Shown: positions 12,049 to 25,275, numbered from the stretch's first letter. The stretch is 64,000 nucleotides of DNA from Dicyema japonicum (GCA_011109175.1 RDEW01000045.1:100482-164481), one strand, 5' to 3'. Program-made: numbers and translations. The notes: a model not told the origin generated them from the letters alone.

Positions 12049-12989
12049 TTACAGCCATTACATATAATAATGATGTTATATAGTAAATTAAATTATGGCA
12101 ATCAATTTACTAATTAGTCGGTCCCTTTCATCAGAACCAATAAACAAATGACAATTTTTTTGAATTTTTATTTAATATTTTTAAAAAATTTAACAGAAAT
12201 TATAATAAACACGAGTAATTATAATGTTTTATGAAAAATGAAAAATTAATAAAAATATATTTATTTTGTTATGACATGGTCTCCATTATGGTTGGCAGGC
12301 ATTGAGCACGTAATGGGACTTACCTTTCATGATCGCGAGCTATGTTTTAGAATAGGTGGAGGAAATTGCTAATGGAATGTTAAAATGAATTATTGTACCG
12401 ATTTATTCTTTAATCTTGAGAACTATTGTATTCAAATAATTACATTAATTGCTTCTAAGTAAAATCCTCCTTAATCTTTCGGGCAATCATTACGGTCTCA
12501 CTTTCTATGGGTGCGAAGGGCGGTTCTTCTTTTTGAGGAAAAAAGATCATCCTGCTTATAGAAAGATCGAGGAGAACGGCCAATTAGACACAATAGAGTG
12601 CTGAGTATGGAACAAGAAACGGTTAGAAGTACTATGGGGAGGAGAAAATTATGTTTTTTTCGCAAGAATGTCTGTAGCCTCCCATCATATGTACAACTAA
12701 GGGAATTAAACCAGTAGGGGAGTGACCTAGAGAAGATTAACCCAAAGTGAATAAATAAAGATATCTGGGAAAAGGTAGCTTGGCGCTATTCTTGTAGCTA
12801 ATACCATGCAAAATATTCGAGAGTTACTGTTAAGGGAAATAAGTTTGGTCTGTTAGCTACAAATGTAGGAAGTTTTGTCCACGAGCAGGTGACACACATG
12901 AAAACGAATAAAAGGAGAATTATTCCTACTCTTGGTGATTAAATTCGGTTTCTATGAACCATCCCAGAGACTGAGCACTCTCCGTCATG

Positions 12990-13290
12990 ACAGAAAACAA
13001 TCTATGACTGGATATCAACCACTGATAGTCGTCCACTTGAATCGCCTACGTTGTGGTCATCACATGAATTTACATTCATATCTGCACAGGATTGGATAAT
13101 ATCTTCTCCACTATACCCATCATGCTTTCTTGACGACCAGGAGACGAGTCACCTCTTTTCTTATCCGGGTCCACTTAGGAGTTCTGCACAGAACCAACTA
13201 TACATGTCAGATCTATGGGAGCGTCCGCTTTTGGCTGTAACGTTCTTGTCAGCCACCAGTTTTTTTCACTAAATAAAAATAAATAGAATA
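12990..13290 (+). mobile_element. I-group LINE 3' fragment (family C)
   Basis: LNRLRCGHHMNLHSYLHRIG and SDLWERPLLAVTFL C-terminal motifs. Confidence 0.6.
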
Positions 13291-13479
13291 AACAAAACTT
13301 CACTTTAATAGAAGACTTATCGCTGCTTTTTACTAATACGTATGTATTTAGAACTTGTCTCCTTTTACAAGTTACTGAGTTGTCCCTGACCGACTTCAAT
13401 GGTGACGATTACCATTATTAAAACTCTTGTGTTTAAGAATGAAGTGATGTCCCGATGGTAGAATTTGTGATGAAAATGG

Positions 13480-13650
13480 AAAAGAGAGAACCCACTACTC
13501 TACTTCTTATCGGAAGCCTGTAATGAACTATTTAAGAATGGAATTGGTCTGCACGAGCAGACTTCTCCCTTGGGTTCCTTCCTTTGAATAAATAGTTGTG
13601 ACTGTGATGGGCTTGCCTAAGATAGTAAGCCTGGGGTTAATAAATAATAC
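13480..13650 (+). mobile_element. LINE 3' tail (family B)
   Basis: gaagcctgtaatg..ttgggttccttcct..tagttgtgactg..gtaagcctggggttaataaat, shared with 28660-28800 and partly with 3270-3330. Confidence 0.55.
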
Positions 13651-14084
13651 AAGGTGGAGAAGAAATAATACCACGACTAGTCATGAGCTTTAATTAGTCA
13701 CTACACATTTTGGTTAAGCGAGAAAAATGTCATTCAAGTGAAGCATAAAAATATTTTCCCGCTTTAAATAGTTTTACGAAAACAGATATATGGATAACAC
13801 AACAATTTATTATCGAAAATAGGAACTATCCAGACAAACTACTTTCGTTCCACGTGTCTTCACTTCCTCCTTTTTTTGTCAATTCTTTACTATTATCCAT
13901 TTCCACTGTAGGTTGCACAAGAGAATTCACACGACATGCATCAAGGGACACGCTCTCAAGGGCTAAATAGCACAATATAAGCGATCACCCGGTGACTTGT
14001 TTGAAAGAACTGGATATGCCTTTATTAGGATTTGGTTAACTCTTAACATCTCCCAGATATATCCCGAGTTACTTATTCATTCAA

Positions 14085-14645
14085 AACCAAGAATCAACAA
14101 CAAATCAAGAGGGCGTCAGGTGATCTCGGCTTCCTTAAGCAACCATCTAACGTTTGCTCAGTGTTCGTCGCGAGATCCGACGCACTTCCTGTATGCATGT
14201 GTTACCTTTAAAAACTTTGGAGGTGTCATTAAGGCTCTCATTCTCCATGCAAATGACTCGTAAGAAGTTGAAGAACCTTTGTAGCCTCCTAGTAACTGTT
14301 GCTTGAAAGACTTCGTTTTTCTTTATTTATTTAACAACCCAAGACCACGGTAAAACCAAACTAATTATCACGTGATCCCGATGCATTCAAACAGCGACCT
14401 CATCTTTGCTCGGTGTTCTCCCCTCGTCCCCGCGGCTGACTGAATTTTTAGGGCCACATTCTCGTGATCTGGAGTCTAGTCTCATAAGGGCCTCCAGAAG
14501 CGTAGGTCCGGTTCGATGATTTTCACAAATCCAACGCTCCGTTACTTGTAAGCCCTCTTTTGCATTTCCTCAATTTTCTTCATATTTGTCCAAGATATGG
14601 AGGATCCCCACGAGGCGCATGCATATGAAAAACATGGCTCGATTA
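14085..14645 (-). mobile_element. Two stacked LINE 3' fragments (family A and a relative)
   Basis: 14330-14645 is homologous to 4141-4460; 14085-14300 is homologous to 40072-40310. Confidence 0.7.
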
Positions 14646-14659
14646 TCCATTTAATTTTT

Positions 14660-17075
14660 TATTTAACCCCAAGACCACCAAGAAAGATAGGTCAAAACTA
14701 ACTAAGTAGGTGATCCCAGCCTCCAACAACATCCGAACTCTCTTCTGGTCTTCTGATGACCCAACCGCATTCCGGAAGCGCCTTCTCTTCCTTCTGCAAA
14801 GGAATTCAATCGGCGTGCACTTTTTTTTATTTCCGACCGAAAATCGTCTGCATGGGCCACCTTTTCCTTGAATGGATTTCCCAGTTCCTTGCAAAAACGT
14901 AGGAAACCCTGGCCATTTCTCACCGTCGCCTTTTCTAAAAGCAGACTGGGGACGGATGTGGAGTCTGATTGTATGTGCCTCATGATCTTCCGTCTGAGAG
15001 AATTCACACGCTCCACTCTCGTAGAAGGAATGGCGAATCTCTAGGTAGAACAGGCATATTCAATTGTCGGCGCAATAACTTGGAGGTATACTTTGCTGAT
15101 ATAAGCAGTAGGAGGAAGGGGCTCTTCTTTACGATGGCTTATAGGACGTTCATTTTCGATGACCATTGGTTAACACCTCCTCCGTGTGGCTTGCAAACGT
15201 CATCAGAGAGTTGAAAGTTACTCCAGGGATCTTCTGAATTCGTGTATATGAGATGGGAATGAAGAATATCTCAAGTCCACCTTTAAATCTTCTGTCCGTA
15301 GTAAATAGCGCTTGATGTTCTCTTGATGTTCGGATGTAAGTTAAATTAAAAATCTTTTGCGTTAGGAGTTTCCTCGGAACATAATCAAAGGCCTTCTGTA
15401 TGTAGATGGATACTAAGGCCGTCCGTAAGTGTGTTCTCATGTTAAAGTCGTCAGTAATAAACTGGGAGATAGAACCCAAATGAGTCGTTGTAGAACGGTC
15501 TGCCCTGAAGCCATGTTGAAATTCTATTGGTAGATGTAGAACAGGAGAGATACTCATTAATACAAGCTTTTCCAGCACTTTTGATAAAACACAAGTTATT
15601 GAGAGGAGATAAGAAGAGGGAACGTCTTTTGGTTTTCCAGGCTTTAGAATTGGCGTAATCAGGGAGTTCTTCCATATATTAGGTAGCGTATGGTAGTTGA
15701 TCGAGTCGTTGTACAGTCTTGATAGTATGGCCCGTGCCTGAGGTCAAAGGTGTTTGAGGTGAATAATGCAAATACCATCGGGACCACAAGCACGAGTGGT
15801 ACGTAGTAATTTAATAGCCTTGTCAACATCATGGGGGGGTGAAGAAGGTGGAATTCGGTTCTTTTTGCGGCCCGCGCTCAACATGTGTAGAACGAGAAAA
15901 ATCTTTATGGCTGATCGATACGTAGTACTTCATAATCTTGTTTTCGAGTTTGCGTGCGGGTTCCGAAGCGTTGTGGGTAACGGCCTCAGTTCCGCGGTCC
16001 TCTTATTGATAAGGCTATTGATCTTTCTTAGCGTTTTCCAAAATGTGGCACAAGAGTTTTTGTGACATAGTCGTCCAACTAGGCGGCTCCATTTGAGTCT
16101 GTTGTTAGTTCGGATAACCTCAGATAATTTGTTATTCAGTGAACGTATGGAGTAGAATGAGTTATTGGTCAGCGTTCTTTTCCTCTTCAGCGTATCTCGT
16201 TTCTTGATGAGTGCCACAATTTGCGATGATAATCTTGGATTGAACTTCTTGTAAGAGGCGACAGGTATAAATAGCTTATCAGCTTTCAAAATGATAGCAG
16301 ACAGAATCTTGGCCGTCTTCTTTACAGTACAATTAACCATAGTAAGGTCAATGAGACAATTGTCAACACAAGGCATGAAACCCTGCCAGTCAGCTTTCAA
16401 GTAATTTTTGAACTTTGTAGAACAACACGGTGAACAAATAGGCCTTCTAAGTCTCAACACAATGGGGTTATGGTCGTTTGAGAAACCATAACAAACATTC
16501 AATGAAATACATCCAGCCATAGAAGGAGAGCAGAGGCACAGGTCCGGGGATGTTGGACTGTCCCTTCTGTCGGAGGGGGTCCTTGTGTGAGCGTCCGGGT
16601 CATTGAGGATAGTCAAATCATTAAGTATGGAAAGGATGTAGTCGCCGCGACTGTCGGCTGATTGTGTCCGGACCCAGAGTGGATGTTTGGCATTTAGGTC
16701 TCCGCATAGTAGCAGATCCTTTAGTCCACACAGTCTCAATAGGTTGGGGATGTAGGAAGTAGTACATGACCCCTGAGGCGGGATATAGACATTACACAGT
16801 GTAAAACATCTCGTCGAAGAAAAGGGAACTTCAATAGAAATCTGTTCCAGAATAAGATCCCTTCGCAGAGAGAAGATACAGAAGGGGTGACATCTGTAAA
16901 TTTAAGTCCATCCTTAACGATAGTCAATAGTCCTCCTCCGAGACTTCTTGTTCGGTCCCTGCGAAGTACACAATATCCAGGAAAACAAGGTGTTGAAGAT
17001 TTTATGGAGAGCTTCGACTCTTGAATAAGGGCAATGTCCACTTTCAATGGGATAAGAGGGATCGTAATGGCTCGA
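14660..17075 (-). mobile_element. APE-RT non-LTR retrotransposon (I/Ingi-like), long, degenerate, no ORF1 seen
   Basis: APE motifs VDIALIQES, RRDRTRSLGGGLL, CGDLNAKHPLW, SNDHNPI; RT motifs FQHGFRADRSTTTHL, IQKAFDYV; family A tail at 14660-14720. Confidence 0.9.
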
Positions 17076-17175
17076 TTAAAAAAATAAAATTTGAATTATA
17101 TAAAATTAAATTCTTTATTATTATAATTGTAAAATATTTTGAATAATTTAAGCATGTTTATATTATTTTTTCGAT

Positions 17176-19311
17176 ATGAGGTTTACATCAATTTTTATTA
17201 CAGGCTTAATTTAATATTTTTGAGAACTCTATGTAAAGATACAAATTTGGAGAAATCAGTACGTGATAGTAGGGTGCTTCCAATAGGTTTGAATTATAAA
17301 TAATCAGCCCAATTGTATCTTGTAATCAGCAAAGCATTAAATGAAAAAAACGACTTAAAGCTCGTAAAAAAAGACAATTTTCCTAACACAGTGATCTCTT
17401 TAGCACTAAAATACGAATCAATTATGGATTCTGTACCTCATGTCTCTGGTTTTTATATTTTTATTTTCGGCAGATAAAGTCAAATTTATAAAACATGTTA
17501 TTCATGATTGTATTCCCGACCTCCATTCCAGGTATGAATTTTCCACTATCTGTGATATGACAAAAATCGAGAAAAGGTGCTAAAAATTCTTTAAAGTTAA
17601 GATATCCTGCTGCCAGAAATATTAAACGTAACATTATCTATCACTGTGGCCCCACCAACAGCGGAAAAACTCATAACGCCCTCGATTCACTCATGAAGGC
17701 AGTTACGGGAATTTACTGTGGGCCTCTGCGACTCTGGCGGCCGAAATCTTCAATCGATTGAACAACAAAGTTTGTAGTATTTAATATCCAGAATGTTCCA
17801 TGTGACCTTCTGACTGGGAAGAACGGAAATACTGTATTTCGTCAGACGTCCCTTCATATCACATGTCCTGCACTATCGAGATGGTCCCCTTAACTGGTCA
17901 CTGTAAGTTCCTGTCTCACAACAGACGATGTGGGAATAATCGACGAGATTCAAATGATCAAGACTCCCAACGTGGATGGGCATGGACAAACGCCTTTCTG
18001 GGTCTCTGTGTTGATGAATTGCATGTGTGTGGAGATGGTTCCGCCCTTAAGCTGATAAAACGGATGGCCAGACGATGTAATGACAATTTCAAGGTTTCTC
18101 AGCTATTTTACTCCAAGTGTATCAAATACGAGCGACTTTCGTCTCTGGTAGTACAAGAAAATGCGATTTGTCGTTTTTTATAATTTTAATATAGCAAGTT
18201 TGAAAAATTTGCAAATGGGGGACTGTTTGGTGGCATTCAGCAAAAAGACGCTGATTTCTCTCGCTTCAAAAATAGTCAAGAACTGCCCTTGGGATTTGTC
18301 CATCATTTATGGAGCCCTCCCTCCCGGTCTGGTGATTTTTATCAATTTGAACAGAAGTGAAGCTGAATCAGGCTAGAAAGTTCAACGACATAAAAATAAC
18401 ACGAAAATTCTGTTGGCGACTGATGCCATCGGGATGGGATTGAATCTGTTTACGAGTTTGATTATTCTTAGAAATATAAGAAGAATAGTTTTCATGTCAG
18501 CCTTTAAGGGACAGAATTCACCCCTCACTGTTTCTGAGATCAAACAAATTTCTGGCAGGGCTGGGCGGTTTTCGTCGAATTACAAAGACGGGTTCGTCAC
18601 GGCTTACGACCAGTTCGACTTAAAAGTTGTCAAAAGTCTTATCGCCAAGCCTCTTCCAGAAACAAATGTGGTTTTTTGTGTTATCTGTAGAAAGCCATGG
18701 TGGACATTACAGCCGACATCGTTGAGAAAATTTGCTTTTTCGCAGATTACGCAGATTTGTCCGAAGTTCTGGTTTTTAGGATGGTTATGCTTAGCGGATA
18801 TATGACAAGTATTGTAAACTGCAAGCAGACGTCTATGATACTGTCACATCCGACAGTCCTATTAGAAAACTGGCACTGTTAATAAAGGACATCCCATTGG
18901 ACCCCCGGATTGCCTATCGACTTTGCTGTGCCCCAGTTCCCGCCAGCGATATTTGTGACGCATTATTCCGAGAGATTGCCAAATGTTTGTATATGGGGAA
19001 GATAATGTCTCATAATAAGCTGGCTGAGATGATTAATTACCCCCCACGTCTGAATGTCCCCCCAAGTGCATTAACGGATTTGGAAATTATGCATGACTGT
19101 GTCGACTTGTACGTTTGGTTGAGGTTGATGGATGGTTTATCCCAGTTTTCGATTCCCTTTCAACCTTCCTGATGCAGATAAGGTGAGGGGTATGTACACC
19201 ACAATTAATGGTCGAATTCAATATACTTTGAAATTTCTTTCAAAATCCAATCAGGTTGCTTTAATTGTCTTTTTGCAGGAAAATGTCACAGGAAAGAATA
19301 TTAATAGTTAA
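17176..19311 (+). CDS. SUPV3L1: Mitochondrial ATP-dependent RNA helicase SUV3, multi-exon
   Basis: [61 protein letters not shown]; many 21-25 nt introns; three -1 slips (about 17735, 17817, 17960). Confidence 0.92.
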
Positions 19312-19379
19312 TATTTTTGTTTCAAGAACTAATACTTGTAAATTATTTGGTTCTTAAATTATTATCGACTTAAGCGTCC

Positions 19380-20330
19380 CCTCCTTCGTGTTTCTCCGGA
19401 ATCTATCGGCGAAAATTCTAGAAAAACTTATGATCCTTCTCATATTTCCCCATGGCGTCCCTTTAGCACTGATTCAAGAGAGGCTTATCAGCGACACTTA
19501 ACATGACTGTCCTAAAAAGATTCAATATATTCGATCGGCATACATAAAGCTCTCGATTCAATGAAGATACTTACGAGAGTTCTTTGACTCCGACATACTA
19601 GGTAAATTCAAAGATGGATTGCTAACTTAGTCAACGGTCATGTAGGGTACTAACAGCCACAAAATTACTACCAAAGAATCACTTTTATCTCCCGTCCTTA
19701 TTGAATTACAGCCCACCTCAAACTAACGAAAAACATCGAGATTCTGGCATACAGAGACGATACAGGCGTCTAGAGGTTGGTGCATCCAGAAAGACTTTGG
19801 ATATCTGGGAGATTTACCCAACCACCTAAACAAATGACTAAGTCGAACTATTATCCACAAACAGGGAGGTCATGCACTACAATATTTTCATATAATAAAA
19901 GACTGGCCAACTTTGCCGCCAACTCTCGGAAAACAAACCTGAAAAGTGAAATTTTTGAAAGACACGTGAAAATGCTATCACCTCGTCTCAACAAAAACTG
20001 AATTTTGTTAAGCCACTTCTAGGAATGTACAATAAAAACTTTACACCAAGTACGATCAATGGGTTGAACAAACCATCAGCTGAGGTTGTTCAGTTTGAGG
20101 AACTAATAAACCTAAAGTAGACCAAAGACTTCCAATCAACAGCCACCAAAACTCTACAGAATTTTTCTGCCTCATCGATCCACTCATGGGTGTGCTAGTT
20201 ATTTCAACCATGGACCTATTTGTAACAAAAAAATACTGTGAGTGAGTGGGATTCCGAAAACAACACTGAACCAAGATGAGATGAATATTATAAGTGACTG
20301 GATCATCTACGGCTTAGATTTTCTATAAAT
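19380..20330 (+). mobile_element. Degenerate LINE reverse transcriptase remnant
   Basis: IHKALDSM..QRWIANLVNG and ILAYRDD (YADD-like), with many stops. Confidence 0.55.
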
Positions 20331-20432
20331 ATGTTGGTGACCACCGGTTTTTAAATCATAATGACCTATCTGAGCCATCAGTTCATTCGAATTTCCCCTT
20401 TTCATGGTTTAGTGGTTTTATCAAAGTTAATT

Positions 20433-20731
20433 TAATAATAAAGTATTTTCACGAGAGCCATAGTATTTATAGCTCCGCATAGGCAGGACACACACTTTAT
20501 TTAAGTAAAGAACAGTTAATTTTAACTAATTGTAGAACCAACTTCTTTTTTTGTGTGAGTGTACTTCTAGACAATCCAGTTCCGCAGTGAGTATCCACTG
20601 ATGACGGCGTCACTCGTCAAACACTTTCTGCATCGTAGATGCGTGGAACCTTCCACCAGGTGAATAGCAGCGAGATTCGAACCCGTAACCTAAGCCACTT
20701 AAGCCCGACACATAACCACTATGCCACCCGA
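20433..20731 (-). mobile_element. SINE family 1, full-length (tRNA-like head, RTE-derived tail)
   Basis: A-box tggcatagtgg, B-box ggttcgaatc, core gaaggttccacgcatctacgatgc; tail matches the RTE 3' UTR at 2326-2360 (27/33 nt by my alignment). Confidence 0.8.
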
Positions 20732-20869
20732 CTAAAGTTAATTTAGCGATGAATTTTATTTGAGAAAACTCGAATTTTATAAAATAAAATTCACTCAAAA
20801 AAAACAAATATAAAAATTTTAAAAATCAACAGAAAATTTATCAATTGTATTATTAAATCAAGTTAGCAT

Positions 20870-21030
20870 CGTGGAACCTAATAGAAGAGATTTTTTTTGT
20901 TGCGTGTGAGTCCAATAGACGGTCAAGTTCCGCAGTGAAAAGTTCACTGATTACGGCGTCACTCGTCAGGCCAAAGCATCGTAGATGCGTGGAACCTTCA
21001 GCAGGAATGTAATTCGAACTAGGGGTATTA
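20870..21030 (-). mobile_element. SINE family 1, partial copy
   Basis: ccgcagtg...gtcactcgtc..gcatcgtagatgcgtggaaccttc core. Confidence 0.7.
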
Positions 21031-21094
21031 GCCCTTTTTGCCCGCCGGATATACCTGAAAGAGGTTTTATTCAGCTTCCTAGGTCATAGTGGAA

Positions 21095-21240
21095 CGTATC
21101 CAAACATCACGTCCATTCCAAATTTTACTGTTGTGGGAACTCTTTCACTGGATCAGAGAAGAAAGGGATCCCAAATTGACATCGACCTGCCTTTTTGAGT
21201 CTCTAGAGTTAGGTGGATCCAAAGAAGAGCTAAGAAGCAA
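21095..21240 (-). mobile_element. SINE family 2 copy (3' part)
   Basis: caaacatcac..tcca.., shared with 60960-61050. Confidence 0.5.
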
Positions 21241-22089
21241 TTATTTTATTGATTTTTGATGAATCATTGAGAATATAAATCGATACACAAACACATCGCA
21301 CGAGAATTAATAATCATCCTGTGCTGCCTCAACGCAGATCCGATCAATCACCTCCCTTCTGTTGCGGACTGTCCAATTGAGAGTTTCCATGTATTATGCT
21401 GTCAACAACTTCATCTTTATTATCGATTGGTCATTATTAGGGACAGCCGGCCATTCTCGGTCAGTTTCGATATTTTCCATTAAGTTGACCGGGGTTGCAA
21501 TTCCCAAACGTAGGAAGGGTCAGCGTTTCCACAGAGCTTCGAGAACGATCCCTGATAATTTCTAATCCTATATAAAAATTACAATCTTCGTGTGAGGTCC
21601 TCTTGACCATTTCTCACTGATAACAGACCGCATTTCGATGGACGATTCCATTGTGGCAAGTTCTATTCTGGGTATCCCCCGAAGGTGGGTGGGGTGTTGT
21701 ACGTTAAGCTTAGAGGTATAAGAAATTAAAATCAAATAGAACATCAATTTAAGCATCGATTTTCGCACGAATCATTAACTGCAGATAAATAAGTATCTCT
21801 GAGTTTAATTTTTGTTTAAAAATGACTTAACATAAATAATTGGGTCGCCACAGCTGATTTTATCGATATTGAATGAGATATGTTATAGTATTTTTCGAGA
21901 AAAATAATGTTATTTGAAATATTGAGATTTTCTAAAAAAATTAAAATATAATTAGAACAATAAATAATTCTATTTTATCTGGAAAAGCAAAAATAATAAA
22001 AATGTTTAACATTAAGCAGGAAAAATTATCCATTTGTTATGTGGCACAATGGTTTGTCAGTTGACGCGAAAAAAATAATCAATTAAATA

Positions 22090-23482
22090 ATGTTTATAGT
22101 CAAAGTCAAACAGGAGGCCCCTCTCCCCCGATAACAAGGGCTCTTTGTCTGCAGCTAAACGTCCCAAATCTGACGATAAGGTTGAAAACTCATCCGAGAA
22201 GGATTCGCAGTTAAAGGTAATTTTAGTAAATCACACGGAAACCAACTCACGTGCTAACTTTGAATCCTCAGACACTCAGAAAGCCTACGCCAAGCAGAAT
22301 TACATCAGGTTTGTTTGATTCAACACGTTTAGTGAAGATTATCAAGTCTGACAATCATTTCAAAAGCGTACCCAAACCGTTGAAGAGGCAAGCCCTTTTA
22401 TGCCATCAACAAAAGCTCCTCCTGTACTAACTACGTCTTTCTGGCGGGTAATTGTGCGAGGAGGTCAGTCCAATCACTCAAGCCTATGCTGGGGTTGTCT
22501 TCGTTTATATTTATCCATAGGGAATGCAGTCCTCGTGGGGACCGTCTTAACAGAGGACTCAGACAGTTTTCTGTTAAAGTCTGCGAGTTTGTAAAGCGGA
22601 GAGGCACAACAACCTACAACGAGGTAGCAGAAGAGTTGGTGACAGAGTCTTTGGAGAACGAAATGCGAGACGGAATGCTGAATCATCGAATTGTATTCGA
22701 AATGCTAATATTAGGGCGCTATTTATGATCAAAAGAATATTAGAAGACGTGTGTATGACGCCCTGAACGTGCTGATGGCAGTGAATATTATCTCAAAAGA
22801 GAAAAAGGAGATAAAGTGGGTTGGCATGCCAGTATCTTCCGCAGAAGAATGCATGAAGCTTAGAGTATCTCTATTAATATAGACTTTTTAGGAGGAAAAA
22901 GCCTGCTTAATCCAAAGAATAAAAGAAAAAATTGACCGCGTCGAACAGCTTTGTTTTCAAGTAAATTTCCCGCTTATTTCATAGCAACTTGCTTTTCGGA
23001 ACCTAGTTGAGAGGAACAAAGGACTTGCAGAGGAGAGCGGACAACTCCCAGCCGCCTCTCTTATTCAGTTACCGTTCATCATAATCAGTACGGGCAATAA
23101 CACGGTTATTGACTGCAGTATTTCACAGGATAAGTATTGATATGGTAACACGCAGAACTGAGTACATTTTCAAATTTAATGACGTTTTTCAAGTCCACAA
23201 CGACCTGGATGTTCTGAAAAAGATGGGTTTATGCCCACGTGGGGACGAATGCTCGCAAGAGGATATCAATAGAGTAATCTCGGCCATTCCGCAGATGATG
23301 GTGCCTTATGTTAAGCACATGATGGGAATAGAGCGGCTTCCTTTTTTGGATGTAATTGACCGATTTGCTGTGGGACCTTGGTTGTTATTTTCATATATGG
23401 TAGTGATGACTTGGTTAACACGTCCTTGAGTTCTGACAATGCTTATGAGTGTGACGATTTTAATGACCCCTTCTTAAACTAA
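22090..23482 (+). CDS. TFDP1: Transcription factor DP (E2F dimerisation partner), multi-exon
   Basis: [30 protein letters not shown]; DEF box [32 protein letters not shown]; acidic tail ending TAA 23480-82. Start uncertain (22039 or 22090). Confidence 0.92.
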
Positions 23483-23929
23483 TCGTTTTGTTTGTAATAA
23501 AACATCCGTTAAGTTTTAGGAACTTTATTCGCCCACTAAGACTGTTTGGGTCTGATTTGAATTTATGTAGGTTCGCCACACTAAAATAGTCTTATCACGT
23601 TAAATGGCAAAATAATTTAAATGGAAATAGTTAGGAAAAGCTTATTAAAAAAAGTCATTTTTCGTCAGAGTCAATAGAGATTTGCAAAGGAACATCTAGG
23701 TTTTTAAAACAAGGGTGAACTAGCAGTGCTGGACTTGTAGATGACCGCAAAAATAGTATATCCAGTCATGAATATTGAGAATCCCATTAAAGTTGCAGTG
23801 GAGATTCTGTGGCAGATATCATAAACTCTGATCTTGGATATCCTCATTGTTCACACTGGAATTATGCTGATTAATTTTTTTAAAATTAATAATTTGTGAT
23901 AAATTGTATTATAAATATATTTAGAATAA

Positions 23930-24215
23930 ATACCTCCTTAACTTCTCTACCGAGGGACGTCCGAGTAAACCTGGCTAGTCTACGATGTGGGCACCACCCC
24001 TATCTACCAGCGTACGATATCCTCTGTTCCTTTTGCAACCTCTATGTGTTGACAAAAAACTACCTATTTGAATGTCATGAATTAGCACAACGTTCATCTA
24101 CAATGCCGGGATTGACCAATCTAAGAGAGCGACCAACATTTGCTGCGTACTATTTAATAGCTCCTGGCCTCCTACATGTTAGTGAGGCCGGGGTTACTTA
24201 ACTAACTAACCTCCT
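23930..24215 (+). mobile_element. LINE family C 3' fragment with (TAAC)n tail
   Basis: LASLRCGHHPYL..CSFC..FECHEL; homologous to 42670-42945 on the opposite strand. Confidence 0.7.
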
Positions 24216-25049
24216 TCACTTGTTGAATTCATAAAATGGTTATTTCTCGTACCGAATGTCGCAGAAATGCTCGGTTCTCTTATATTACCACTCCTTTAGC
24301 CGACGGTCGAGTACGCCTTGGACTTTAAGTATTTCACCTATTAATGGAAATAAATTCAACTCCCTCAAATCAAAATGACCCATAAACTGGTCACCATGGA
24401 CACCTCTCCTTTCTTTGCTGAGTTCATCAGTAATTAAAAAATGTAGCTTGTTTCCCCTTGCTCTGCAGCGAGTAGTCAGACCAATTTATCGGTCGGCATT
24501 GAGGCTACAAAATTCCCACATTCTGCAAGAGGTCTCCTAACCTCCTCCAAACTATCATTAAGAGGAACGACCTGGTTATCTACCAGCGGTGGAGACACTG
24601 GTTAAACACCAGAGGCACAAAGCTCGTATCATAAAGAACATCGGGATCACTTAACTAATCGCGTAACTTGTTTTTTCTTTGTGTTCTTGGGCTTATCAAG
24701 AATGTCAATAAAAATTAATTAATCAATAATCATTCAAATATTAGACATAGAGCGTTAATAAATCATCTGACTAAAAATATCAAAATTAAAATAGAAAACA
24801 TGATAAAACTGGATAAATTTGGTAATAATTATAACTGTGTATGTTTATATTTTTATTTGAGAAGGCGTTTCCTGGAATATGCAAATCACATGACGCCTCT
24901 AAGGAATTGAAGAAGCCACAGAGCGGAAAGGAATCCTTCGACTAGATAAGTATCGGTATGGGAGACGAATTGACATCAAATGGCGACAAGAGCCACAGCA
25001 ATATTCACTATACTTAATAATAAACCCACTACATTATTTTTTAGTTAAA

Positions 25050-25275
25050 ATGCACTCCCGCGCTATCCATAAGCACATTAATACATAGCTTGTGCCGTGC
25101 TCTTCACTATACGCTCTACCAGTTTTCTCTATGAAAGTTCTCCTAGCACGTCTCTGCAGTTCATCGAGGGGTAATTTCCCTAGCATACATCCCGATCCAC
25201 TTTCACTTCTTGTAGGCAGGCCACGCTAACTTTGTATCGCTCCAAATCCACGCATAAGGTCTAAGAAAGACGATA
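25050..25275 (-). mobile_element. RTE-type APE N-terminal fragment
   Basis: DLERYKVSVACLQEVK, an APE motif I-like sequence. Confidence 0.5.

Noticed and set aside
20581-20650. Hammerhead ribozyme in SINE-1 (CTGATGA...CAAA)
   Set aside because: GAAA is absent, CTGATGA is not conserved in the 20870 and 55660 copies, and it lies on the SINE antisense strand.
20665-20731. tRNA gene (also B-box hits at 10375, 37930, 55708, 57060)
   Set aside because: No proper acceptor or anticodon stems; these are SINE heads or chance matches, and 57060 lies in a candidate exon.
22063-22973. E2F/DP sites at the DP gene (TTTCGCGT near the start; TTTCCCGC in an intron at 22966)
   Set aside because: The same 8-mer occurs at 13755, at 37371 and inside the tubulin CDS, so it is at chance level without ChIP or conservation data.
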